DNA of 63,860 bases, counting the filler, from Atractiella rhizophila (Eukaryota), in NCBI GenBank assembly GCA_021432655.1. It is 4 parts of 4 records of this genome, joined end to end, with 100 filler letters (N's around TTAATTAATTAA, not from the genome) between each part and the next. Parts side by side here need not be neighbours in the genome. Positions count along the whole stretch, not along the records: positions 1 to 25,399 come from MU271362.1; positions 25,500 to 49,519 come from MU271364.1; 2 more parts are not named here. One strand, given 5' to 3'. The position numbers were made by a program, and so were the translations under genes. Below the pieces are notes generated by a model. The model made no database searches and was not told where the DNA came from. It worked only from the letters and a program-made list of their open reading frames with translations. This document shows positions 20,812 to 37,749 of the stretch, in pieces. Positions within the stretch are counted from its first letter, which is position 1. The number at the start of each line of letters is the position of its first letter.

Positions 20812-22957
20812 ATGGCAGAAACTTGTCCCTCTGAAAACACGCTCGAGAAAGACCAAACCGATTTTTGGGATGAGAGTGGGATTCATTGGGATGCTCACAG
20901 AATTGGATGGGCCATCGCGGGTGGTTGTGCTCTCTTGAGCACCATCATTTCTAGCGTAAATATTTGGGGTCACTGCAGGAATTATAGGAAGCCGTGAGTA
21001 GCTGATTTGAGTTACTGGAAAATTGCATATTGGGAGTCGAGAGTCCGGCGGAGCTCAGCCTCAGGGACATGGTGCGATACGGCTCGGCTCGTTACATCCC
21101 CCGCTTGCCTGCACGCAACAACGAGCTCTGGATATTGATGGCACATTGCAGCTTTCGCCGCTAAGTGATTGAGCTGTGTCTCTTTACTACTAGCACCGGC
21201 TGGCAATTCCCTGCCGACAGCTGCCGCTACATAACAGCACTAGAGAGCTACAGTAGCTATAGTTTATGGTACCATGACCGTAAACTACTTCCTTTTGCAT
21301 GCCTACTGCTTGGAAAGTTGTGCCGCTGTTATTCCGTCAAGTTAATTAACTTTACCTTCTTGGTAGGATGGAACAACGGCAGGTAATTCGAATACTCCTC
21401 ATGCCACCAGTATATGCAATCATATCGTTCCTGGGCTATCGGTTTTTCAGGGAATATACGTGAGTTCTTCCACTGGGTCAAGCCAACTAAGCTAACCTCT
21501 TGTACAGCTATTTTGAGGTCGTGCGTGACACATACGAGGGTTCGTGCCTCCACTTTTGCTCTGTTCCCAGAATTCCGATGCCAAATTCGTAGCCTTCGCG
21601 ATCGCCGCCTTCCTCGTCCTCATCCTCCTCTACGTCGGACAGTCTCCGATCGAACAACGAGAAGCAATGATGAAGAAAGAGAAACAGTCACTTCCCCTCC
21701 CCTTCTGCTGTTGGCGATATCGTCCTTCCAAGCCTTACTTCCTTTGGGCCATCAAGTGGAGCGTTCTACAATTCGTTTTTCTTAAACCGCTGGAATCGCT
21801 GGCTAGCGTAATCACGGAGGCGTTCAATGTTTATTGTGTTGAGAGCATGAGTTATCATTTCGCGCATGTGGTATGCTCCTTTACTTTGGTGAAAGACATT
21901 GGCTGACCATTAATTGGCAGTATATCTTGTCCATTGATTTCGTCATTGTCTCGGTTGCTCTTTACGGGCTAGTAGGTCGCGTTCCACACTTCTAACGCGT
22001 TCGACTTAAAATGCCTTTTAGTTGGTGCTATACGGGCTTGCAAAGGAAGACTTGGAAGGCCGCCGTCCCCTCGCCAAGTTCTTGACCATCAAGCTTGTGC
22101 GTCCCTGTTTTCAACCCCCAAGCTACTATGTCATACGATGTTGAGCGCAGTCAATCTTCCTTACTTTCTATCAAGGATTCGTCTTTACTGTTCTCGCGCA
22201 TTACAACGTCATCACCGCGACCGAATACTGGACTGTCAGTAACATCTCCAATGGTTTAAACGCGCTCTGTACCACGATCGAGGTGCGTTCCTTCTTTCCG
22301 TCTTACTCTCATGACGATCACTCACTCCGCCTGCACTCCAGATGGTCCTCTTTTCTCTGCTGCAGTTTTGGGCTTTCAACTACCATGAATACAAACTCGT
22401 CATTCAGGATGAGCGGCCACCGACATCATTCTGGAAAAGCTTCCTGCACTCGCAAAAGCATGCTCTCCGTTTTTATCCTTTGGCAGAAAGAACTGACGCT
22501 TTTCCAAATTGTCAGTTATACGGATTTCATAATCGACTTTTACTACGCCTCGCATTTTTTCGTTGACAAAGTCAGAGGAAAGGCTTACACATCATCGAAG
22601 ACAGAGCGAAGAGCCGTTGAGAGTGCGTAACCCTTCTGTCCTTCTTCAAACGGTCTGACTTGGCCTTTTAACGAAACAGCTGCGGAAAAGTTCGATCTTG
22701 CCGATGTTTTCGCCCTTGATGCCTCCAAAGGAGGCGTGCGTTCCCACCGGCGGCCTCAGCAAGATTACATGTATGGTGTAGCTGGTACAGGGACGTCTGA
22801 GCAACTGCCCATGACCGCTAGTGCTAGCAAGATGGAGCGTGGGACGGCAGAATGGAGTTTGGGACCCGGAAGAAGTCAGGACATGTTGGACGAGATGGGC
22901 TTAGATGAGCGAGCAGTCGGAAAAGAGGAGCGAAGTTATCAACGCTTCGATAGCTAA
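20812..22957 (+). CDS. TMEM184/OST-alpha (DUF300, Hfl1-like) membrane protein, multi-exon
   Basis: HWDAHRIGWAIAGGCALL...HCRNYRKP / EQRQVIRILLMPPVYAI / FEVVRDTYE / LPLPFCCWRYRPSKPYF..IKWSVLQF / RPLAKFLTIKL / FLTFYQGF. Confidence 0.9.
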
Positions 22958-23344
22958 CTCTCTGTCACCTTGCGGATAGATGGACACTACTGTGTATAGA
23001 TTGAGGAGATCTAATTTGTCTAATTAGCTGAATAGCACTCATGTTACTGCCTCCCACTCCCATGCTCCCGCACAAACTGTACTAATCCAACCGTACACGA
23101 TTCTTCCACCAGCCATTTTCTTTACTATTGATGATGAATGCCCTTTTTGGCTGAAGACATTTGCTTAACAGCTGCGGTTGTGTCATCTTCCCGATCGATC
23201 GATCAAACTAACACCACGAATCAACGAACTCGAATCACTACCCAGCGTACTGCCTGTACTGCCTGGCGTCGCGATATTTAAATAGTCGGCTATCAGCACA
23301 AAAACCTCTGCGCCGTCCCAGAAACACTCTACTCATCGCCCCAA

Positions 23345-25399
23345 ATGCCACCGAAAACGCGTTCTTCTGCTTCGTCTGCTACCCGCAAAAAGCACGCCAA
23401 GAAGGCTGCTCACAAAGCGGAAAAGGCGTCGTCTGCTGCCACTCCGATTGATGATATCTCTGAGGCTGATGAAGGGGGAGAGGGAGAGGGAGAAGACACG
23501 TTGGGTGACGGAATGGGGGCTGCAGGGGGAGATGGACCGCAAGCAGGAGCACATGGACCAAAAGGAGGGCAAGGTGAAGTGCTGGCAAAGAAAAAGAAGC
23601 CCTCCAAAAAGGAGCTCAAGAAGTCTGCCGCTCCTCCCCCTCCGAAAAAGTATGTTCCACCGACTCGCCCAAAAGGTTACGATCCTGTCGATTCACTCGC
23701 GCCTAATTTGCAGAGGGAAGATCCGGAGCTTTACATTGTACTTAAGAAGTTGGGGAAGAGAGATGAGAGGACAGTGGACAGGGGGATGGAGGAGTTTAAG
23801 ACTTGGGTTGAGGGCACACAAGAAGGGGGAGGGAGTGTCAGTGAGGAGGTTCTGGGAGTTTGGGTAAGTCCTTTTCTAGAAGGCGATGGAGAGCAGCATT
23901 TTGGTTGCATTAACCTTGCTTGATTGATTGTGTGATCCATTCTGACACCATATCAGGCTTATCAATTCCCACGACTTGTACTGCATGCGTCACGGCGGAT
24001 TCGCTCGCTCACAACCGCGGTCCAAGCCTCTCTCACATCTTCCGCCATCTCTTCTTCCTTTTTAGTATCGCCTGTCAACCTTACCAATCCAACTTATATC
24101 GGGTCGTGGTGCCTCAATGCGTTTGATTCCGACAAGACCATTCGAAGCAGAGGGCAAGAAAGCTGGAGCAGCATGCTCAGAGTCCTCAACGACGAATTTT
24201 ATGGTCTAGACGAATATGTGCCAACCCTGATTGAGTTCATGGAAACCCTACTCTCTGCTCATCCATCTGATGAATCCGACGAGTCAAGCGAGGAGGAGCG
24301 TGTTGCCATGATAAACAAGGCTGTCTCTGCGGTCGACGCTTTAAGTTGGCTCATGAGTGAGCCTATTGTGCAGTTCAGCGCATTAATTGATGAGAAATAT
24401 AGGGCTGGATGTTGCTGCCGACGATCAAGAAGAAGCTTTTGTCGAATCATTTAGTGCCTTACTCGCTAGTAACGATTTTTGGGATATCCTCAATGGCCGC
24501 CAATGGAGCAGAAGAGGGAAGCGGTCCAAATTTCTGCCTAGTCGTGCACCTCCTGTTCGAACCGCATTGTGGGAGCTATTTTCCAAGGGCTTGATATCTA
24601 ATCCCCGAGCAAAACGTGAGCGTTATCTAGTTCGCAACCAAAAATTGACTGAAACCCAGGATTTGTGCAGAATAATGTCCATAGCCTGTCGCTCCGAGTA
24701 CTTCGCTTTGCCTGGGAAGAGTGGGAACCTCCCGTACAATCAGCGATTTGGCCAGGACTACTCGCCTTTCTGAAAGGTACGCCACATTGCTCCATCTTGA
24801 TTTTGCCTCAGGCCTTTCTTCTGTAGATCATCCGGAGGCTTGGACCTATGTCGAAGGAGAAGATAAGGACGAGACCGCCAAAGCTTTCGCCCCCGAAACA
24901 GAGTCCCAACCTCCAGCAACTCTCTCTCGCTTCCTAGAATGGCTGAAAGTCGGCTGCAACGGAAACCCTGTTGGAAACTACCCGGTCGTCATCATCATAC
25001 TGTCCACCTTACCTGATGGAGTGAGCATGCGGATCTAGTTAGTGATGGGGCTGATCAAAATGCCAGATACTTCCTATTAGGCAAGCCACTATCGATGCTT
25101 TTCTCGCCGTCGTCTCCTCTGCGTGGAATACTGGGAGTATTGACGCCTCTGGCTCTCGGGGCCTTGCTGCCTTTGTTTCCTCGTTTCTCGAGTGCTTCGT
25201 ATACCTTCTCTCGAAACAGAAGGCTCGTCAACCAGAAGACGACGCGGTTCTGTCAGCTCTCTCTCAACGTTGGTTCGCGGCTATATGGGATGACATGCTT
25301 GGAGCGAAGGCTATCACGACGGGGTGGTCTGGCGTGACCGATGAATTTGTCAAATGTTTGGTCCGCTTAGCAAAGCTATCATCTAGTAAGTTGTCTGTA
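23345..25399 (+). CDS. RKR1: E3 ubiquitin ligase listerin (Ltn1/Rkr1), N-terminal part, truncated at contig end
   Basis: MPPKTRSSASSATRKKHAKK start, then LKKLGKRDERTVDRGMEEF (Ltn1 N-terminal motif) and HEAT-like exons. Confidence 0.75.
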
Positions 25400-25499
25400 N
25401 NNNNNNNNNNNNNNNNNNNNNNNNNNNNNNNNNNNNNNNNNNNTTAATTAATTAANNNNNNNNNNNNNNNNNNNNNNNNNNNNNNNNNNNNNNNNNNNN
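25400..25499. other. Artificial contig spacer
   Basis: N run + TTAATTAATTAA (stops in six frames) + N run. Confidence 0.97.
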
Positions 25500-26649
<1,150 letters not shown>

Positions 26650-26871
26650 GCTCTCAAAACTTGGAGATATGAGTTGCAGGCAATAATTTTGTGCTGGCGA
26701 CCTTGAATAACTCGAACTCCTTGTACCTCTGGTTGGGTTGAACAGTTGAGGACGCGTTTGGCTTTCTCTGTCGGGAGTAGTAAATGAGATTTGTCCGAAC
26801 TTTAATTGCCACTTGACCACAGCTCTTTCCGTCTCTAACAAGTCGTTGTCCACCTTTCCAAGGAGACCATC

Positions 26872-29630
26872 ATGGCAAGCAATGCGACGATGAAAGAGTC
26901 CCTCTCCCTTGAGGAGACCAAGTTCGTGCTCTTCTTATCCTCAAATGGGTCTATTCTGATGGGGGATGGATTGTAGCAAGTTGCGTATTTCGATGGGTCT
27001 CAAGCCCTTGACTGCTAACGCTCCAGCAACTCTTACAGAGGACCAGAAAGCGGAGAAAAACTTCTCCACATATAGTGAGAATCTAGCGAAGGAGCGGCAG
27101 GCGAAAGAGCTCCAGGCTCGCTTGGACAAGGCGAGGAATAAACGGGAGCTAAGAGAGCGGTTGGGAGGCAGTGGGTTGGGAGACGGTGGAGAGGAAGATT
27201 TAAAGAGCTGGTTGAAAGGGACAAAGAAGAGGACGAAGCAGAAGGAACAGGAGCGATTGGATAAGGAGGCGAAAGAAAAGGAGGAGGAGAGGAAGAAGCA
27301 GCTAGCATCCCTGGACGCGTATTCAGAAGGTGAGTCTCATTTCTATTTTGTTGAGGCTTGGAAGGGACTAAAGACGGGAAGACTCATGCTGTCGTGGTGG
27401 GTGTCAGCCGATTTGAAGGGTCTCAAGGTATCCCACGATGCCACAGACTTTGTCGCAAATTCAAACACCATCCTAACGCTTGCGGACTCACGAATTTTGG
27501 CTGAGGATGGAGAAGATGTTCTGGAAAACGTCAATATGGCGGAGTACGAAAGGACGGCGGAGTATCTGGATAAGAAGAAGAAGGCTAAGCAGGTAGGAAG
27601 ACATGGGGTTATGGAGTATCGTCCTTGGGAAGAGGAAGAATTAGAGCTCGAAGAGTATAAGAAGAATGGAGGAGTGCTTAGCAAGTATGACAATTTCGTG
27701 TTTGATGGGGATGAGGGATTGGTCGGAAAGCAGAAGGAGAAGAGGGAAGGCTTCACCATTGGCAACACAACGAAGGTGCAAAGAGAGGAGGAAAGGGTAG
27801 AGGACGACGATGTGGTGAGGCTAGGGAACGTGCCTAAAAAGGTGGACAGGAAATTACTTGAAGTTAACTACGATAGTGCGTGTTCCCTCCCCCTTCATTT
27901 ATGCGAGAAGCCAATGGATGGCTATTCGGTGGTACTAGAGCATTTTCACGACGACTATCTCAAAGAAGGCGACGTTGGCTTCAAGAAGCCGAAGAAGAAG
28001 AAAACTCGTTCGACACGCGTCAAGACAGAGGCAGACGAAGCTGTTCCCTCCACCTCTGGCGACGTCGAGATGGCGCTTGCCCCAGCCCCGATCGTACGGA
28101 AGAACTTTGACGAAGAGAATTTGGTGGACGATGACGACCTACAAACCTCACTTGCGAGGCAACGCCGGATGCGGAATAAAAGTCGACTGAAGGCTCGGAA
28201 GCCTTCCGATGACGATGTTGCGATGGAGAATGGCACTCCTGCTGCCCCACATGCCGGAGACCAACCGATAGTGAAGACGGAAGAAGCTGAGATGTTGGTG
28301 AGACCGGATGAGGAGGAGGAGGAGGAAACTGTGACTGGCGGTGGTCTCGTTTTTGATGACACATCCGATTTTATAGGACGCGTAGGCAAGGCTGAACCAC
28401 CGCCAATTACTCGTCGTCTTCCTCCTCCTGCTAAACGCTCTTCCGTTCCACCTGTGGCTACAAAGGAAGGGGACAACTCTGTGCCTGCTGCAGTCGAGGT
28501 GGAAGATGTCCCTATGGTTGAGGTTGAAGAGGGAGAGGTCTCCGGGGATGAGGATGGAGATGTGGAGATGAATCGTTTGATGAATGATGGCGTAAAGAAG
28601 GAAGAGGAAGAGGACATAAAGAAGGAAGACGACGATGCGCACATCGGGACAGCCGGCGAACAACTCGTCTCTAATGGCATGGCTGCCACTTTGGGTCTTC
28701 TGCGGAATCAGGGATTGATCAAGGCTCTGACACCTGAGCAGATCGAACGCGATCGTGCACAGAGAGCCAGGGAGATGTGGACCTTAGAGCAACGGAAATT
28801 GGACGAGGAACGGGAGCTCCAACGACTGGCAGCTAAGGCGGCCGGTAACACGAAGGATCAACATCAGCGAGAGATCGAGAATCGACTTCGAGAACAAGAG
28901 CGTGCTCGAAAACAAGCGGAGATGTTCAGGGACTATAAACCTGTAGTCGATATCAAATACCACGACGAATTCGGGAGGGATATGAACCAGAAAGAAGCCT
29001 GGAAAGCCCTCAGTCACAAATTTCACGGAAAGTCGAGCGGGAAAATGAAGACGGAGAAGAGGCTAAAGAAGATCGAGGAGGAAAAGAAGAGAGAAGCCAT
29101 GGCTTCCGGCGACACCCCTCTCAGCACCGCGGCTGCCTTTGCGGCCAGACAGGAGAAAACGGGAAAAGCTATTATGGTGCTTTCAGTTGGTAACAAACAG
29201 TATGTATTCTGTCTACTAACCTCCTGCGATGAGGTGTTGAACCATTGTATCTAGGTCAGCACCGCAAGCTGAACAAACACTTCCGTCTAACCTAAACAAA
29301 CCTTCCACATCGCAATCAAAAGCCTCTACTTCGAAATCCGCTAAGGCGAAATCTCAAGCAGCAAAAGAACCTCCAATACTTACCAATCTCAACCCGCCAA
29401 TCACATCCCTTCGAGCACCTTCTGCCTCTGCCTCTGCCTCTGCCTCCCCAGCACCTGGATCCGGCACTGCCAGCCCGGCGGTCTTGGCTTTCAAACCCGC
29501 TGCTGTCTCTAAAGCGGTTAGCAAGAAGCCGGTGGACACTGTGACTGGGGAGAAGCTGAAGATCGGGCTGAAGAGGAAGGAACCGGATACTGGGAGAGAG
29601 GCAATAGAGGAGAGGCAGAGGAAGAGATGA
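26872..29630 (+). CDS. SNU66: U4/U6.U5 tri-snRNP protein SART-1/Snu66, multi-exon
   Basis: HIND motif SLSLEETN/KLRISMGLKPL; C-terminal YKPVVDIKYHDEFGRDMNQKEAWKALSHKFHGKSSGKMKTEKRLKK. Confidence 0.95.
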
Positions 29631-29779
29631 TTCCGTTTCAGTCATGTTCATGGCCTATCGACTTAGTCAATGTCAAAAGTGCTTATCAGTTTCAAGCAAT
29701 CGTTACATGTGAGCATACATGGTATCAACAAGAAAACCAATCAAACACAAAACTGTCATTTGAGAAGGATATCTCGACA

Positions 29780-30905
29780 TCATGCGTTCTCTTGCACGAC
29801 GTTTATATCTGCTTCGTTCTCTTCACATCTCTCGGTTGTGTCAATCCCTACCTCTTCCTCTATCGATTTCTTTGGAATATTCGCTTTGTTTTCCAGGAAG
29901 AACTCTTCAGGTGTGAAGAAAGGAAGCTGAGTATTCTTAGCAAAACCTGGCAAACAAGTCATTTGGCCCAACGACGAAGAAGGCGATGACGCACCTTTAT
30001 CAGCGTCGGAATGGTCACCTCGTCGTCCGGCAGCGTCGCCAACAAAAAAACTCTGTTCTTTGTCTGCGCATATTCAATGTCTAGCAGTCAGGCGGGGGGT
30101 GAAGGCTCACTAATGATAATGTGGTCATGATGCTTGGAAAGGCGTTTCCACATCCCACTCTCTGGTTTTCGAAACACATCTTTTCGCCTCGCTGCGAAAA
30201 CTTTGAGAGGAACGCCAATCTGTTCCACGCAGCGTTGGTAGGAAACGCGAGAAGAGAGTAATGTTCTCACGGCATTAACTGTCTTGGCTATTTTGCCGAT
30301 TACTTTGCTCCAGCGACTGTCGTCTTTCCAACACTGATTCGTGAAGATGACTATTTCGTACCTTCACAATCTCAAATCAGCCATTTGAGGAGGAAGCTAA
30401 GGAGTGACCAACCCTGCTTCTTCCAACTCCTTGAGACGCTTTGGAACATCTGGGTAGAGGAACTCCCAATCATCCGCAGACTTTGGCGTAATGTTTCCTC
30501 CTGGATGTCTGATGAGGGTTCCATCCTATGCCACCATGAATTACACCGACTTTAAGAGGCAGTAAAATTCAAACCAAATCGAAAGACGCGACTTTGACTG
30601 AATGAACTGGTGTCCCAAACTCGCCATAATAGCAGCTGGCCTCCTTTCGATCGTTCTCATATGTTCTGAGCCAACGAAACTTGATTGAGGGTGCGGCAAT
30701 GTCGAAACTTTCGGTGGTTTTCGAACTCGACGCAAAGGTCAAGGTACTTTGAACTGCAATAACTCAATCAAACGACGGGTCGCCCGCATGATGCCTTACC
30801 TGTGACGGTAGTCTTTAATTTCTTCACCAACTTCCCATCCTCTTTGGTTTCTTGGACTTCTTCGCGCATTCGTTTCCTAGTTTTCTCAATGGATCTTTCA
30901 GTCAT
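29780..30905 (-). CDS. Polynucleotide/DNA 3'-phosphatase (PNKP HAD phosphatase domain only)
   Basis: DGTLIR...DDWEFLYPDVPKRLKEL, IVIFTNQ, FRKPESGMW, FFVGDAAGR.GDHSDAD, FAKNTQLPFFTPEEFF. The gene stops without a kinase domain. Confidence 0.85.
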
Positions 30906-32193
30906 GTCAGCACAACGAGTCGAGTCAAGATATTTAACCACGTGACTCTTAGGCTGAAGACGGCACCTTAACTTACTTTGTCACCTTTAAAATGCGGCTT
31001 TTTTTGGTTGGAAAATTTTCTTTTCATCGAAAGTTATCTGTCTAACGATATTAGAGGTGCTTCCTTTATGTGGACGTTCCTTGAAGATTAGACATAGAGC
31101 ACCAATCGCTTCCCCAAGAGGATATCGACTTTATCGTGTCGATGCTGTTCCCCCGTAGGAGCGAGACATTCTTTCATGGCTGTCAATTCTTTCATGGCTG
31201 TCAATGGTTTGAGAGCAGAATGCTGCAGCGCTGAATATCGGCGATTTTGGAGGATGAAAGAGAGTTTGATCGGTGAGGGAACACTTGTTGTATGGGGTGA
31301 AATGCTGGGGACCGCGGAAGGCACGGATGCAGGGAAGGATATTTGTGCAAGAAATTTGCCGAAATTATCACAAACGGTGTATCAAATCAACATACCAGGT
31401 CTGAGGGCAATCTCACCCTGAAAGCTATCGGTTGAATTTTGTGTACATGATTGTCGTGACAATCCATGAATGAAATTACCCTGCAAAGCGTTGGCAGCTG
31501 CTGCCTGTCTCTTCCTTCTTCCGTCCTCCTTTTGCGGGACTCGTGTTCAACCTTGCATTTGTCGAACCATTTGAAAGAGCGCATAAATAGAATTGTCGCA
31601 GTTACAAACAGTGGGCAAAGATCAACGTGTCTGCACTATGGTCACCTTCCCTTTGCGGAATCCACTCAGATCGAAACATGAGCTGAAGTCAGAATCTTCG
31701 AGATTAGAAGTCTCGATATCTGCTTGTCCTCCTGCACTGAAAACAACATAAAGAGCTAAATGGTAAGCTTTGCACTACTATCTCCTATTCCGAAGGCTAA
31801 CGCAGCTGCATGGCCATTGCGCAACTCACAGTAACATCAAACCCAGAAGAAATAGTTGCCAACGTCAAAACGCATTGTAATAATTACCTCCTGGATGACG
31901 CTTGGAACGTCAAGTTATGTTGACGCAATGAGTTGTGAAGGTTGGAAGTGTGAGAATGTGCTAGCATGAAATTGAGATATGCTGTGAGAACGAGAACAAG
32001 CAGAGCAGAAGAAGATGAATGATCGGCAGCTTGCCCCCTAAGGTGTTCCTGTGGCTTTTGTTGTGTTGACTGATTGAGTTGCTGCTATTCTGATAAGCGT
32101 TTCTAGAGCAAGGGAAGAACTGAGAAGGCTTATCTTACCCAACGAATCGAAGGACGCCGTTACATCTGTGGCTGTGGCTTTCCTGGTAACAAG

Positions 32194-34664
<2,471 letters not shown>

Positions 34665-35045
34665 ATCGCAAATCAACGTGAAGCATCGATTGAAGGCAAA
34701 AACCTTGGTAGAATTACAATAAGTGTTTCAGTAATTGAAGTGTCTACATGTTCAGCACGAAATCCATTTCTCAAGATGGCTCGACGATCTTTACATTCTC
34801 GAATTGCTTCGGAGTATATGTTTTCTAACGGTCCCATCAATCGATGACCGTCACAACTAAGGGAAAGAGGACGCGCCTGGACGAAGGCGTGGAGCTGCGC
34901 AATCTCGTCTTTTAAACGCTCATTGACTGCAACAGCCAGGACTGAGCAGAGTATTTGCGGAAACGAAGAACCCACCTAATCGATGGCGGGCCAGAGTGGG
35001 TTTCCCTTCGAAAGAAGGCGAGACCACGATTACTTCATAGCTCTT

Positions 35046-37135
35046 GTATGACAGTTGAGTGGCGATTATTGTCAAGAGAAGCAGTAATCACCGTTCCACA
35101 ACCAGCTACGTGCATGCAAGAGATCTTAGTGCGCACAGGTCATAATGCAGAGAAGCTCACCAGAAATATCATACGCTTTCTATGAAGCAGAAAGTTCAAT
35201 CGCCATCTTGGGAATATGATTGGACGCACAACGAACGTTGCATCCGTGAACTAATTGCCAAATGAGAACCAGAACCAATTGCGTAAGCGGCAGAAGAGCC
35301 CACCCTTTCTCGCAAGGCTGCTTCAAGAGAATCTACGGACACTGACATCCCGATCACAGCCTAAATTCCTGGAGTACCTGTCAGCCCAAACGAGGGCCAG
35401 AGTTGAATTGAAAGCAGATATTTTAACGGAATAAACCTACTTGAACCTGGTTGTACACGCAGAACACACAAGGCTGGAGGTTGTGTGGCTAGTCAGCGTT
35501 CTTTCCACATGCAAAGCTACTCCGTTAAAACCCGGTGCCTATTCAGTCGACTGCGTGGTGTTCGGTATTACTTAGAAAGGCAAGCAGCAACGCAGCAGGA
35601 CTGGTAGCTCACAGAGAAACAACGAACTGCATTGAATTTCAGAATTTCAAGCGAAATTTTAAGAGGCTAGCTGCTGGTTTGTGGAAAGGCGAACGGGGGA
35701 GAGCTTGTGAGTCTTCAAGTCACTGTGACTGAATTTCGGCTGATTTCTGGGTGCAACTGGACAGAGAGGTGCACTTCTGTCTGACGAAAGACTGACTGTC
35801 ACTGAAGTATCAGCTGTCCAGCTCGCGCCCAGATACAGCGGTCTGTCGTTTCAAGCCTGTTCAGGACTCTGCTAGTCTGTTCGTGTTGCTGGAAAGAAGA
35901 ATCCCGCCTTGAAGCTTGCGAAGACGAGTGCCTCAAACACAGTTCACTTCCTCAACGTTTCTGCCGAATTGCCCCTCCTCCTTTTCCAGCAAGACCCCCG
36001 TTCACAATTTCCATTGCTCCCAGCATAACGCCAACAACCATACACCACCACTGCCATCATCAACCTGTTGAGGAGGTGCTCTTGTCGAGGAGTATGACAG
36101 TTGAGTGGCGATTATTGTCAAGAGAAGCAGTAATCACCGTTCCACAACCAGCTACGTGCATGCAAGAGATCTTAGTGCGCACAGGTCATAATGCAGGGAA
36201 GCTCACCAGAAATATCATACGCTTTCTATGAAGCAGAAAGTTCAATCGCCATCTTGGGAATATGATTGGACGCACAACGAACGTTGCATCCGTGAACTAA
36301 TTGCCAAATGAGAACCAGAACCAATTGCGTAAGCGGCAGAAGAGCCCACCCTTTCTCGCAAGGCTGCTTCAAGAGAATCTACGGACACTGACATCCCCGA
36401 TCACAGCCTAAATTCCTGGAGTACTGTCAGCCCAAAGGAGGACCAAAGTTGAATTGAAAGCAGATATTTTAACGGAATAAACCTACTTGAACCTGGTTGC
36501 ACACGCAGAACACACAAGGCTGGGGGTTTTGTGGCTAGTCAGCCTTCTTTCCACAAGCAAAGCTACTCCGTTAAAACCCGGTGCCCAATTCAGTCGACTG
36601 CGTGGTGTTCGGTATTACTTAGAAAGGCAAGCAGCAACGCAGCAGGGCTGGTAGCTCACAGAGAAACAACGAACTGCATTGAATTTCAGAATTTCAAGCA
36701 AAATTTCAAGAGGCTAGCTTCTGGTTTGTGGAAAGGCGAGCGGGGGGGAAGCTTGTGAGTCTTCAAGTGTGACTGAATTTTCGGCTGATTTCTGGGTGCA
36801 ACTGGACAGAGAGGTGCACTTCTGTCTGACGAAAGACTGACTGTCACTGAAGTATCAGCTGTCCAGCTCGCGCTCAGATACAGCGGTCTGTCGTTTCAAG
36901 CCTGTTCAGGACTCTGCTAGTCTGTTCCTGTGGCTGGAAAGAAGAATCCCGCCTTGAAGCTTGCGAAGACGAGTGCATCAAACACAGTTCACTTCCTCAA
37001 CGTTTCTGCCGAATAGCCCCTCCTCCTTTTCCAGCAAGACCCCCGTTCACAATTTCCATTGCTCCCAGCATAACGCCAACAACCATACACCACCACTGCC
37101 ATCATCAACCTGTTGAGGAGGTGCTCTTGTCGAGG
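35046..37135 (+). repeat. Near-identical tandem duplication of ~1045 bp (35046-36090 and 36092-37135)
   Basis: Direct comparison shows scattered substitutions and small indels; a single A separates the copies. Confidence 0.95.
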
Positions 37136-37749
37136 CACCAGATTGCCTCATTTGTAGGTTTTCACTCTTCATTGCATGTGACAGATGAGCTGAGAAACTT
37201 TTGACTTTCGCCCAGCCCTCAACCAAATAGAATTCGACGCCGTAAAGACGAGACTAGCTTTGACGGTCGACATCCAACGCTACAGACCTCTTTCAAATCT
37301 CCTACTCGCGTCACACCTCAAACTCTCTTACCTCACGGCCAACTTTCAATCTTCGCCCCATCTTCGTCCACCCCTCAGGAACTCGACAAGCTCCGGAATA
37401 AGCGGAGAAAACTGCTGGCTATCCCGATCGCTTTTCAATCGACTTGGCTCAAACTTTGTTAACTTTGAGTAAAGATCAGATCAGGACAAGACTAGGTTAA
37501 GAAATTTGTCAGTCGACTCTGCCTCCCCTTCACGTACAATCTCTTTTTGCCGGATCTGGGGAATATGAAGGAGACGATGTTGTCCTGGCTGCTTCAGAAC
37601 CTCAGCTGTTCCAGTAGTCATTCATAGCTGACGTGCTTGATAACTCAGTTTTCCGTCTCTCCCGTCATCCCAGACCATCCGAATCCTTTAAACACGCTCA
37701 CAGAAGTCGCTCGATCTCCCAAAGACTTGACTCATACTTCCAGAGGACG

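Noticed and set aside
23131..23260. Box C (ATGATGA) and CTGA suggesting a C/D snoRNA
   Set aside because: No terminal box D at a suitable distance and no closing stem.
25400..25499. Palindromic TTAATTAATTAA motif recurring at 25444, 49564 and 61142
   Set aside because: Always centred in a 100-nt N spacer; it is an artificial six-frame stop linker.
27033..29026. Long antisense ORFs over SNU66 (and similar ones over WetA-like, TSC2 and RAD30)
   Set aside because: Shadows of biased, low-complexity coding sequence on the opposite strand.
31168..31204. 18-bp unit repeated twice (ATTCTTTCATGGCTGTCA)
   Set aside because: A simple slippage duplication in intergenic DNA; no spacers, so not CRISPR-like.
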